Source: Octopus sinensis (taxonomy: Eukaryota). From it: a DNA stretch of 64,000 nucleotides. Below the pieces are notes generated by a model. The model did no database searches and was not told the origin of the DNA. It saw only the letters and a program-made list of their open reading frames with translations. The stretch spans positions 21,762,001 through 21,826,000 of the forward strand of contig NC_043012.1 in assembly GCF_006345805.1 (NCBI RefSeq). The letters are read 5' to 3'. Position 1 is the stretch's first letter, and each line of letters begins with the position of its first letter. Below, in pieces: positions 12,073 to 24,312 of the stretch. Both the position numbers and the translations under genes were made by a program.

Positions 12073-13164
12073 TGAGAAAGTTGGTGTGTGAAAGCACGTG
12101 GTTGAATATATAGAAAATAGTAAAAAGTGAAAAAACTACAGAAGGCTTGTTTTAAAAGGTTAAAGAATATATATTTGAGTCATTATGTCAGAAGAATGTT
12201 ATAAATTTTTTTCATACAGTGACATAGTTTTTGAAGAAATTACCGGTTTCGTGTTTAACTTTTCAAATTTCTCAAAACATTGTGTTATGATTTCGTTAAG
12301 AAGTGTAAAAAAGAGTTCCAGGTATATATATATGTGTGTGTGTGTGTAATAAAACATACACAGTATTTAAATAAGAACTACAATAGTTTCTTGCTGTAGA
12401 AATATAATTTGGCTTGGCAACTTTATATAGCATTCCTCGTGTTTCCAAGCAATCCTTCAGCCTGTGCTGCTATTAGTAGCTCTTATTCAAATAATGTGTA
12501 TATTGATATTTATCTCATTGGATGGAGTACATTTTTTGGTAAGTTATATATATATATACACACACACATGCACACAATCACCATCATCATCATGTAACAT
12601 TTGTCTTCATTGCTGGCATACTTAAATGAACCAATGTCTGCTTTGGAATGGTTTTTACTGTTAGATGCTCTTCCTAATGCCAACCACTTAACCATATCCT
12701 AGGTGCTATTTATTTGTTGCATTAGTGATTTTGCAGTGTGATTCACAAAACTGACATTCTCCCTCATATGAGTTGCTGTGTAGTTGAGAGGGAGGCAGAT
12801 CTATGTCAGGTATTGAGAAGTACAGGAACAGGCTTCTTGCTGTAGATGAGATACATGGCTACATCACTTAATATTAAAGTGAGTGGGAGTAATTGGAGTG
12901 GAGCTGGAAGAGATAAACATTGTGATGCTATGGCATCAGAGTGTGTTGTAAGGTACCAGACAGTGAATAGAAGAATTGTGGGACAGACGATTGGGGAGAA
13001 TGGGTAAGTTGAGGTTACAAGAATAAGTAGGTGAGTGAGAGATGGTTTGAGTTGGTAGTAAGAGAGGGTGTGAAAGTATGCTGAATGTTGATCAAGGATG
13101 TAGCAGTGATTGATAGTAAAATATGGGGTGATGAAGGGGATGATTAGCAGTACAGTAATAATAA

Positions 13165-13842
13165 TAATAATCCTTTCTACTATAGGCACAATGCCTGAAA
13201 TTTTGGAGGAGCAGGGCTAGTCAATTACACCAATCCCAGTACTTGATGGTACTTATTCCAGCGACCCTGAAAGAATGAAAAGCAAAGTCGACCTTGGTTG
13301 AATTTGAACGCAGAGCGTAAAGATGGATGAAATGCTTAGCACTTTTGACTGGCATGCTAATGATTCTGCCAGCTTGCCACCTTTATAACAATAGTAATAA
13401 TAATCCTTTCTACTATAGACACAAGGCATGAAATTTGGGCTAGTTAATTGCATCAACCCCAGTACTCAACTGGTACTTCTTTTATTGAACCTGAAAGCAT
13501 GACAGGCAAAGTTGACCTTGGAAGGATTTTGATCTCAGAATGTGAAGATGGATGAAATGCTACTAAGCATTTTCTCCAGCTTGCTAATGATTGTTGCAGC
13601 CGGTCACCTTAATAGTGATCCTATCTCCTATAGACACAAAGCATGAAATTTTGATGGGAAGAGCTATTTGATTATAGTAACCTCAGTACTCAGCTGGTAC
13701 GTCTTTTATTGCTCCCCCAAAGGATGTAAGGTAAAGCCGACCTTGGTAGCATTTGAACTCAGAAACAAATGAAGCACCACTAAGAATTTTGTCCAGCATG
13801 CTAATGATTCTGCCAGCTCACCACCACAATAATAATAATAAT
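13165..13842 (-). mobile_element. Three head-to-tail family A SINE copies
   Basis: Three units (approx. 13165-13385, 13395-13612, 13615-13830), each containing the reverse complement of the ctggcagaatcattagca...gagttcaaa...gactttgcctttcat...gtaccag pattern, separated by (AAT)n. Confidence 0.8.
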
Positions 13843-13844
13843 CT

Positions 13845-14535
13845 TTTCTTTATTCACCATTGAGGGTTTATATAAAAGACTAGGGATGGCACAGGACAAT
13901 ACAACACAAGAAGAGTGGTATTTAATTGCATAAGAAGGTAATATCAATAAAAATTATAATAAATCCCCAAAAGAGGGAGGCTTCCAATGGCTGCTCATAG
14001 AAACCCTACAAAAACTATGATCACCCTGACCTAGGGCAAGTGCCCTCTCCACTTCATCTACCCTTGATCTAGAAGTGCCTGCTTAGAGTAGGCCCATTCA
14101 CTCATGCCATTTGTGCTACAAATTGCTGGGAGGCAGCACATCCCTCTCTACTTTCACTTTCCTTTTCAAATGAAACTTGAAAAAGTTGATGAGGGCTTGG
14201 CTAAAGAAGAAAGTCTCTCTCTTCAGCCCTTTCAACCTGGTCCACCATATAACCTCTTTCGCTAAGATCACCAGACAAAAAAGCGCTACCGGCCCTTTCC
14301 AGCTGAAGGAAGGTGGCAGGGCGATCTTCACAATGGACTCAGCTGATAGCTGGATCCGTCCTATATATTGTGACAGCAGGTGTTCGACATAAACCCACAA
14401 GTCAGCAATGCTCAGGCACTGGACGAGAGTGTGCAGAACAGTTTTGTCATTTTACATGCACCTTGAGCAAGCCTGGCTGATAGTACTTCCATGTCTGTAG
14501 AATTTACCCAAATTGGCAATGCCCAAGGCCAGGGA
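13845..14535 (-). mobile_element. L1/Tx1-like LINE 3' relic
   Basis: Minus ORF ...LAKEVIWWTRLKGLK...INFFKFHLKRKVKVER..., preceded by a C/H-rich segment, ending at aataaagaaaag(ATT)n. Homologous to 21870-22690 in the opposite orientation. Confidence 0.65.
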
Positions 14536-15054
14536 TTTCTGATAATGATAATAATGATTTTGAATTTTGGGGGAGGGGTAAGTCAGTTACATCAACCCTC
14601 AGTTTTTGGTACTTATTTAATCAACCCTGAAAAGATGAAAGACAAAGTTGGAATAATTTTAATAATAATAATAGTACAGTAGATAGGAGAGGGATGAGTA
14701 CATGGTAGCTGGGTAAAGTTGCAGAAGTGTGAGGGAGAGTGACAGATGTGTAGTGATAGTGAAAGGTGGTCATAGGTATATGGAAATGGTTCAGAGGAGA
14801 GGGTGAGGTAACTGGTAGGAAAAGAAAGGGTGATCAGTAGAAAATGTAACTGATATCAAGCTCTAGTTTCTTAACTAACAGGTTAATGTTTTAATGCTAG
14901 CTCTTGTGTAACATTTGTATAGATAGGTACAGAAACAAGCAGTTGTGTGTTAACAAACAGCACAGTTACACTTTAGGATTTGGAAATACCTTGTGTATTT
15001 TTACACATGGTTTACGCACATCTTTACGTAAAGCTTTTTTTATTTTTGTATCAG

Positions 15055-15102
15055 TACCATTCATAAGCTTTGACTTTCTATTGGTGTCTAGCTCATAATT
15101 AG
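15055..15102 (+). other. Candidate non-coding (UTR/lncRNA) exon
   Basis: Acceptor ttttttatttttgtatcag and donor ag|gtgagt; stop codons in all three frames. Confidence 0.35.
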
Positions 15103-15929
15103 GTGAGTGTTTCTTGTGAGGATCCCCCCCCCCCCAAACAAGTGATAGTTATTAACATTAGTTCAAACAATAAATAGATTAACCTTTAGTTCTTGATTGC
15201 TATCTTGTACTTTAGCATACTGAACTCTTCTAATGTGAATGTCCATAGAATAAAATCAATTCAAAATGGTTAATTGCTCTTTTGCATTATTAATGCTTTT
15301 ATTTTTTTTTTTATAGATTAAATAAATGTTAGCATAACCGGTAAAAATTTCATGTTAGATTTTTTATTTTCATTTCTGTACACTGTTTTAATGTTAATTT
15401 TTCTTATGAAACCTAGTTCATTTGTTTATAATCCCTACTTCATATCACTTAATTGGCCATACAGTAAATCTTGACAACTTTTCCTTAGTGAAAATTGCTT
15501 TAAAATGATACCATGAATAGGCACAGCTCATTGTTATATTCAGTAAGAACATCTGTATAATATTCAAGTGTTTCTTCAGCTTGCAGTACTGGTTTCAAAT
15601 TCTGTTAGCCTACAGATGGCATTAGTAAACCATTCTAGTAGACATTCTTCTTCCAGAGTATTGCTATAGGAAGATAAAATCTGTAATAAAGCCCCAATAA
15701 CAGAAGTTATGGAGGGAAAGGAATTATTGCCATCTTCCGTTCCTGTTGTCCATTCTCTTTAGAGGAACATCTTTTTAGTAAATTTCTTGTACTTTTCACC
15801 AAAATTTAACTGATCCAACAGTTTATTGTAAATCCTTATTTTAGCTTTACTGCACATAATCTATGTGTACAACCTCTGTTTTTTAAATAATGTATTAGTG
15901 CACAAATGACTGTTTGTTTCACACTTGCT

Positions 15930-16230
15930 TAATTTGGGATTCAATGCCATTTGACACCTTGGGCAAGTGTTTTCTTCTATAACGTTGAACTGACTAATGC
16001 CTTGTGAATGAAATTTGGCAAATGGAAACTGCAGAAGACTGTCATATTTATATACATATGTGTGTCTACTTTATGTTGGCACTGCTTAAAAACTGCTCTG
16101 TTTTGTTTATGTTATGTAACTTAGCATTTTGACAAATGGAGGTTGATAAGTACTACAGGTCATTATAATCAACTATGCACTTCAAGACAGTGCCCCACCA
16201 TGGCCTAATGATTGAAATAAGTAAAAGAAT
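15930..16230 (+). mobile_element. Degenerate SINE family B
   Basis: accttgggcaagtgttttcttctata...aatgccttgtgaatgaaatttggcaaatggaaactg...gaaataagtaaaaga. Confidence 0.7.
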
Positions 16231-16315
16231 ATTAAATATATGCCAGTCTTGTTTTTAAAGGTAGCCTAGTTCTTGATTTTCCCAGCTTCAGTGTTTTATT
16301 GAAATTCTGTTACAT

Positions 16316-16436
16316 TGTTGCAAGTAAAAGAAAATCTGTTATAAACTGCATGAATGGTGTTTATATTATACTGCAGCTTTATATTACTCTGTTGCATGTA
16401 AAAGAAGCTGTTCTGAACAGCATGAATGGTGTTTAT
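16316..16436. repeat. Diverged ~48-bp direct repeat (period ~74 bp)
   Basis: gttgcaagtaaaagaaaatctgttataaactgcatgaatggtgtttat versus gttgcatgtaaaagaagctgttctgaacagcatgaatggtgtttat. Confidence 0.7.
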
Positions 16437-17875
16437 GACATATAATGAGTTTTATTTTTGTCTTTTGAGTTTATTAGAAGGCACTTTACGCAATTTAACA
16501 CGTCTTCATTTGAAATTCGGTTCGGAAATAAAGAACAATAGCTTCAATTTTACTGGTAGAATCAGGTTAATTAAAAACATTTAAATAAGTGAATAAATTC
16601 AGTCAGTATATTTATTGTTTACAGAATTGATAATGTTAATCTTAATCAATTAGTTTTATTTTCCTGTTTAGAATCCAACAAGAATGTTCTTTGTGTGAGG
16701 TTTGCATACATTTTAATTGCTCTCATTAGCTTGTGTTCAGGTTTTCTTCCTCATGCAATTATTTTCTTCACGAAGAACCCCACCTAGTTTATAGAGCTAA
16801 TTAACTTAAGGAATTGATTACTTTTTCACTGGTATTTAACACTAAAAGATATTTATTAAGTATTTCTTCATGAATTGTTGTAATTCTTGTTTCTCCTATA
16901 CTTCATTTGAATAGTATTTATTTACTATTTCCTCTTTGATTAATTTATTGGAAGTTATTCTTCATACAACTAGTATTTTTTTTTTTAATATTCTTAAGTA
17001 AAAGTGAACTTCATCGAATGATATTAAGTGAAATAAAAATTGTAGCTATTGTCTTGATGAATTTTTCTTTTTGTTTTTAAATTAGTATAAAATACTGTTT
17101 TAATTGGTTCATATATTTTTGCATTTTTTATTGACCCTCACTTTACTAAATGGTTAGCATACACACATTTTAGAAGTTATTTCTTTTAATCCCATCATTA
17201 TTAAAATGGTGCTGCTTTCTTTCAAAGCAGTGGCAGAAATTAATATCTGGAATTTTTTTTTTTAAATAAAGAGAAGATTGCTTATTTGTGGTATCATCTG
17301 TAACTTATGCTCAGATGTAGATGGCTACCTGCATGCCTGTATTCATTGATAGTTTGACTCATTTCTTACAACAGAACCAGGAACAATGATTTATTGCATC
17401 ATTTTGTCATGTCCTTGAAAAAGATGTATTTATATTTTTATCTTTTTGCTTGAACTTATGTAGCCATATTTTATGAATTTAAAACTAATACTTTGATATT
17501 ATTGGTACTTTTTATTGTTCTTTTCTTTTTTTTCAAATATGGAAAACTGTTTTAAGTAAACTTTAATCAATTACAATACATCAGGTTTTGCTTTGAACAT
17601 TGGTAATTGTCAGTTTTGACAAAAGGGAAACATTTATTTTTTGGTTAATGTAAATTAGTTTTATTCCTCTTTGGCTAATTTTAACTCTTAAATGTCGTGA
17701 CATTGTTCTTTAGTATTAATGATTTAATTAGGTCAGCATTTTGTTCCTGTACATTTTGAAATGAAGTAGTCAGATATAATCTCAATTTGCAGTTGAGCTT
17801 TCATTTCAATTAAGCTTGCTACTAATCAATTAATTGATTACTATCCAAGTGAATTGTGAAAAAAATATTCTACTT

Positions 17876-18275
17876 CATCATCATCATCATCATCATCATT
17901 TAGCATCCGTTTTCCATGCTAGCATGGGTTGGACGGTTCTACTGGGGTCTGTGAAGCCAGAAGGCTTCATCAGGCCCAGTCAAATCTGGCAGTGTTTCTA
18001 CGGCTGGATGCCCTTCCTAACGCCAACTACTCCGTGAGTGTAGTGGGTGCTTTTTACGTGCCACCCGCACTGGTGCCAGACAGAGCTGGCAAACGGCCAC
18101 GAACGGATGGTGCTTTTTATGTGCCACCGGCATGAGGGCCAGGCGAGGCTGGCAACAGACACGAAACGGGGCGGTGCTGGCAACGGTCATGAAACGGAAA
18201 GTTCTCTTACATGCCACCGGCACTAGTAACACATCTGCAATTTCCATTGATCGATTTCCATTGATCGATTTCGAT
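17876..18275 (-). mobile_element. RTE LINE 3' UTR copy (three tandem units)
   Basis: Near-identical to 7517-7940, with one internal unit missing. Confidence 0.85.
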
Positions 18276-18518
18276 TTATTTTTAAAAACCTTCATATTAT
18301 CTACACCAATTTAGTTGCAAACAATTTGTTCCTGAAGAAGAATTCATTAAAAAAAGAAAGAAAAGCTTATATGCATTTCAGATTGTGTGTGTGTGTGTGT
18401 TTTATATTTTGTGCAAGTATTTTAACAGTTTTTAGTATTTTGTAGATGGCTTCATTATAGCTATAGTGACAAATACAAAACGTGGCACAGTCTGACATTA
18501 GTGGCAGAAGCTTGCTTA

Positions 18519-19425
18519 TCTGTATATATAAAAGGCAGGATATGTGTGTGTACATGAATGTAGTTTATGCACATCCACAAATTAGCACGCATGTCGCTCA
18601 AATTTTAGGAGGACATTCGTCACAATCCTAGCTGTATTTTCGTCAAATTATTTTTCCCCCGAAGGCACTCGCGAATAGCGGTAAATAATTTTGAACCATA
18701 ACTTTTAACAATTTTCATGTCGGAGGAATACACGATCATTTGCAAATATGAGTTAAGTCCCCTTCTAGCGATGGTGTAAAGAGAGGGAGAGAGAGAGAGA
18801 GAGATAACAGATTTTAAAAATTTCGTCTTTTTAGTGAGTGATTGACAGGCAAAAACAGACAGGAGTTGTTATGTGTGTATGTGTGAATGGCTTCAGTCAC
18901 ACACACACACACGAGCATGTATGCGTACAAAACACATGTATGCAATGTGTGTGTGTGTGTGTGTGTGTGTTGCCCGTATATATATATATACACAATATAA
19001 ACGATATTTTCCGTTTCTCCACGACTAATTTCCAAATTAGCTGAATCTGTTGCTCTATTCATAGTGATATATATTGCTGGTCATGCGTGAACATGGGCGA
19101 GAGCAGAGGTTAATAGAGCAAAAGACCTACGTGTTGACTATAGACATGCTCCTTCACAAACGATCAGCTATTATTTCGTAAACAATGTTTTGAAACTGTT
19201 TATGTTTTCAAAAGGAGAGATCTGACTCTTACATCTCTGTGGGAGAAGGTAGGCTTCTCTATTCCTCTTACAAAACTTACGTCCGGGTGCCAAATTTGCT
19301 TCAATTGATGGTATTACTCGGGTAGGAGGAGGTGGTGGGATGGGCAGGGGCAAAGGCGTGCAAAAACATGTATGCAATAGGTGCATGTACGTATATGTTT
19401 GTATGTGTGTGTGTGTGTGTGTTGC

Positions 19426-19472
<47 letters not shown>

Positions 19473-20159
19473 CTTAGTTGTGATCTGAACATAACCACTT
19501 CTCACACAGAGGATTGGGGGCCCTTTTGGGCGTTCTGTTTTCCTTGCTGGAAGGGTTCCCAACCCATGGGCAAAGTGGGGTTATATGATGGGGCTGGTGT
19601 TTCCAAAAGGGTTGGCATATGCAACCTGATCACCTCTGCTGATCAGACTCCCAACCCATGCGCTTCCGCGCGAAAGTGATTCTGCAGAACTGGGTTGGAT
19701 ATGCAAACCAGCTTTAAAGTATAAATATAGATGTATTTGAATCAGCAATGTTCAGTTAAGTCCTATTTGGGGTGAAAAATCAATAAACTGATTCCTTATA
19801 GGACTTCCCACTAAAATTGGCTACACCCCATTTTCAACCATAACATCTACCAATTTTGATGTGTTTTGTTCAAACTTGATGCCAGCATTACTTAGGACTC
19901 ATGGGATCTTTGAATGCTTTAAGTTCTCCAAAAACGAAAAAAAAAAAAAAACAATTGACGAGTGGAAAAAATCGATAAACCGATTCCTTATGGGATTTCC
20001 CAATCAAATTGTCTGCAAAATTTCAGCCAAAAGTTTACCAATTTCAACGGATTTCACTCAGATTTGACGTCGATGTTACTTAGTTTGCTTTGAAATAAAG
20101 ATCTTGATTAGCTTAATAATCCTAACTTAATCCTGAGCAAAGCCGGGCTATACTGCTAG
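18519..20159 (+). mobile_element. Non-autonomous Helitron, both termini present
   Basis: A|TCTGTATATATAAAAG 5' end; 3' cctgagcaaagccggg hairpin followed by ctatactgCTAG|T. The last ~570 bp are homologous to the helicase-bearing Helitron at 57409-58020. Confidence 0.8.
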
Positions 20160-20166
20160 TCAACAT

Positions 20167-20500
20167 TATTTGTTTATAAAGAATAAAAAGTTTTGAATGG
20201 TACAACAATGCACTATAATACAAACAATAGGCTATATACCTGTTGTAATTTAGTCATCCATAGTGTGATATATTTCAGAATGATATTCCTTCTTCAGATA
20301 TTCTTAGAATGAGTTGCTGCTATAATCGGTTTTCCAACTGATTTTAGCAGCAACTCCGTCTAAGAATATCTGAAGAAAGAATTTTATTCTGAAATATCAT
20401 CAGACTATGGATAACTGAATTACAACAGGTATATAGCCTATTGTTTATATTATAGTGCATTGTTGTACCATTCAAAACTTTTTATTCTTTACAAACAATA
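20167..20500. repeat. 334-bp fold-back palindrome (probable foldback MITE)
   Basis: Arms of ~165 bp with ~13 differences; 4-nt loop ttcc at 20332-20335. Confidence 0.95.
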
Positions 20501-21179
20501 CACAGTGCTTCAAGTGAACTACAATACTCTCTTATTTGTTTAGTTTATATGGTTAAGACTCTGGGGAGAGGATACCGTGTTTCAGTGTTCCCAATGTGTC
20601 AGCATAATTCAAATGTTGGTTTATTAGTGAAAGTAGAATTAGAAAACTAAAAACCATGAAATTCTATGTGTTCAAGAGACAAATTAAATGTTTCAATAAT
20701 CTTCATGGTTGCAAAATGAATGAAGATAGATATTTCCAGTTGGAAATTGAAATCAAATTTCAAACTCTGCTTGCTGGGAAGCTTATTTCGCACATTCTCA
20801 TTCATTATTTATTCTTCTTCTATGTTGTTATATCTTACATTAATTGATGTCAGTATTGTTCCCACCAGTGCATAGCTTATGTACGGTGCAAACATAAAGT
20901 AAGCAATGTTTAACCGAACCAAATTGTCTTTTGAAAACAAGTCAGCCAGTTTCACCTTTCAGTAACTCATATGCATTGTACAATCTATTTTTGTTTTGAC
21001 CATGCACTCTGCATGCATGCTAACAAACTTAATAGGTGAACCATTTTCAAAAATGGTACCTAATAGGCAAAAGTGACCATCAGATTTAGTTGGTCATGCT
21101 CTCTCATAATTGCAGTTCTATAGCCATCCTTTTATCGTTTATTTTATCATCTCTTTCACAACGATGGTGCTTGTAATAT

Positions 21180-21360
21180 TGGTTTCAAAATTTGACACAA
21201 GGTCATTGACCCCCAGTTTTCAGCTGATACTTATTTTGTTAACCCTGAAAGGATGAAAGGTAAAGTTGACCATGGCGGAATTTAAACTGAGAATGTAAAG
21301 ACATGAAATGCTGCTAAACTTTTTGCCCTACGTGCTAATGATTCTGTCAGTTTGATACCT
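21180..21360 (-). mobile_element. Degenerate SINE family A
   Basis: ttgacccccag...tgaaaggatgaaaggtaaagttgac...gaatttaaactgagaatgtaaag...tgctaatgattctgtcag. Confidence 0.7.
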
Positions 21361-21869
21361 CTATGATGCTTGTAATATTCGTAAATAGAACCATTGTTCA
21401 TTAACTCATAGTGCAAAGTTGAGCTAAGAAATCCTATTCATCACATCTTGTTATGAGAATTGTGTGTCATTTGTAGATATGAATTGAAAGTTACTATAAC
21501 TGTGCAACCTTAATATTTGTGAGGTCATTTCAAATCATTACATGATGGTTGGTTTTTCAGATATTTTCGTGGAATCACAGACTAAGTATGTTGCTGTTTA
21601 GCCCTAATCAGATCTGAATGAGCAGACCTGTTTTCATAAATATTTCAGCACTAACCATTTTTCTGCCTTTTTAGTAGAGTCTAGGTTTACATTATGTAAT
21701 GTGTTCTTTGCATTTTGAGATGATAGGGTGTTAGTTGAAGGAGTTTTAACTAATGAAAATGGATGGTAATGAATAAAAAATGTGCTGTGAACTTGGCTTC
21801 ATTGTAGTTGAGACAATGGTAGACAAAGATTTGAATGTTTTGGATATGGTCATTTTGAATAATTATCAA

Positions 21870-22690
21870 AGATCAAGAGTCAAACTAATAGAAATTATGA
21901 TATAATTGGCTCATTTACAAGTGTTAAGTTGGAAATTAGGCAGGTCCATGCTAACCAGCCATATTGTAGGGTGCTGGATGGAAGGACCAGATAAATTGCT
22001 TGGGATCTGATTTGGTCCAGACCTCCAGGTGGACAAGAACTGAGGAGAAGTGACCAGTCTCATCCAGAAATGGGCAGAGAGAAAGCATTCTCTGAAGAGT
22101 CAGGCAGAGGTGGTGAATATATACATCACTGTTCTACATGCACTTGTCTTGTGTCTGGGCATTACTGACTTGTGGAGCTTTGTTGAACAGCTGTGTAGGA
22201 CAGATCTGGTTATCAGCCAAGTCCATCAGGAAGATTGCTCCACCACCGTCCTTTTGGCTGGGAAGGGAAGGCAGTTTTTTTGTGTCTGGTGGATATTGTG
22301 GTGGATGAAGTTGAAAGGACTGAAGACAGATATTTCTTCTTTGGCCAAGCCCTCATTGACTTTTCCAAATTCTACTTGAGAAGGAAAATGAGGATGGAGA
22401 GGGAAGTACTGCACCCCACCTTCAGTATTTTTGTTGAAAAGCAGGTTAATGTGGCGAAGATGGCCTACTTGAATGGGCCTACTGTGAACATATGCTTGTA
22501 AGCTGGAGGAGGAGTTGAGAAAGTGAGAGGCACTTGCCTGATGGTCTGGACTGCCAGAATGTGTGGGGTTCCTCAGTTGTCTCTGGGTGAGACTCACTAT
22601 TTTTGAGGGATTATATTGTTGATTGTTCTTGTTTCAATTTTGCCGTAAGCTATTCATTTCCTTATATCTTTACTTACTACTTCTCTGTGA
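21870..22690 (+). mobile_element. L1/Tx1-like LINE relic (internally deleted)
   Basis: Homologous to 13845-14535 (...GQALIDFSKFYLRRKMRMEREVL...), with an upstream LGIWFG-like and ERKHSLKSQAEVVN segment; frameshifted. Confidence 0.65.
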
Positions 22691-23183
22691 ACCATACTTC
22701 ATCATTGTTACATGTGTTTTCTATGCTGGAATTTGTTACACACACACTCTGGCTTAAGTCGTTCACAATTATACGTTGGTTTTGGAAAATGATATATAGA
22801 AAAATAAAAATCAAGTCATTTTACTCGACTTTATGTCTCTCTGCCACAGATTTTGGAAGCGTAAAATCACTAGAAAACTGTTAAGAACACATAAAATCAT
22901 GTTACTGTACAATAAATAAGAATAAAAGCATATAAATTCATATTAAAATATGTACAGTAAACGTTAAGATACACACCATAAAGTAGTGTAGCTTAGTGAA
23001 TGAAATCATGAAATCAGCTGTATTGTCTTATTTATTGGTCTTTCAGAGCTTATATTGCACTGTAGTTTCAATATCTACTGTTAGGCGGCGTCGTCACTCA
23101 TGATTCCGGCGATTGTTTTGAATTGAGAATTGTTTCAACCACTTTCTCATTCTCATTCATTTGTGACTTTAATTTTTGCCCCC

Positions 23184-23567
23184 ATGGCTCCTAAGAAAAT
23201 TCATAGAGAAAGTGCTAAGCCTCATGCTATAATGCTGGAAGATAAAATGGCTATGATAAAACACCATGAAAAAAGTGAAAAAGTGGTAGCAATTGCTCGA
23301 TCTTTTTTGGATTTCACGGATTTATTTGAAAAAGACAAGCAGCTACTGAGAAATGAGGATTTGATAGAGCTTCAGGAGCTGCAAAATAAAGAAGAAGAAG
23401 GCATTTGCATATATCAAAAAAGGCCTTTCTTTTCCAAGATTATGGGGGCTTGTCACGAAGCTTTTGCTCCTTATAATGTAATCCTTGGGAAAAAGAAAAC
23501 AATTCAAGGAACTCTCAACCGGTTTTTAAAGTGCATTGAACAACAAGAACAGCCAGTCAGCTGTTGA
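23184..23567 (+). pseudogene. Internally deleted Tigger-type transposase ORF (partial CENP-B N-terminal HTH fused to acidic C-terminus), 127 aa
   Basis: MAPKK...AIMLEDKMAMIKHHEKSEKVVAIARS joined in frame to DLFEK..LRNEDLIELQEL..EEE...Y..I..KKK.IQGTLNRFLK; the DDE core is absent. Confidence 0.7.
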
Positions 23568-23927
23568 TGTTGACAATCCACAACCATCTACATCCACGAT
23601 GTAAACCACCTAATTGTATGTACGTATTGGTAAATTTGAAATAATTTAGTTTTTTTTACTATTGCAAAATAATAATAGTTACTGAATTTGTTTTTTAAGC
23701 TTAAGAAAGGCTTTTATTTTGCCATGTCATATTGCAAACCACATTCATAAATAGAGCATCCGTGATGTACTGTAAACACCGTCAAATTGTATTCATAAAT
23801 TTACACGACTTTTTTTTTTTACTGTACTGTATTAAAAAAAAAAAATTCTTTGTTTGTAAGTTTAAAATAGGTTTTTATTAACTATGTATTATTGGGAATG
23901 TATTCATAATTAAAGTACAGAACTGGG

Positions 23928-24312
23928 GTGGAGGCGCAATGGCCCAGTGGTTAGGGCAGCGGACTCGCGGTCATAGGATCGTGGTTTCGATTCCCAGACC
24001 GGGCGTTGTGAGTGTTTATTGAGCGAAAACACCTAAAGCTCCACGAGGCTCCGGCAGGGGATGGTGGTGATCCCTGCTGTACTCTTTCACCACAACTTTC
24101 TCTCACTCTTACTTCTTGTTTCTGTTGTACCTGTATTTCAAAGGGCCGGCCTTGTCACTCTCTGTGTCACGCTGAATATCCCCGAGAACTACGTTAAGGG
24201 TACACGTGTCTGTGGAGTGCTCAGCCACTTACACGTTAATTTCACGAGCAGGCTGTTCCGTTGATTCGGATCAACCGGAACCCTCGTCGTCGTAACCGAC
24301 GGAGTGCTTCCA
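23928..24312 (+). mobile_element. Young full-length tRNA-derived SINE (family C), 11-bp TSD
   Basis: tRNA-like head ggcgcaatggcccagtggttagggcagcggac...ggtttcgattccc; TSD acagaactggg at 23917-23927 and 24313-24323. Confidence 0.92.

Noticed and set aside
23928-24005. tRNA gene (also 32140-32217)
   Set aside because: The tRNA-like head continues into a 385-bp body with TSDs and lacks a proper acceptor stem; it is a SINE.
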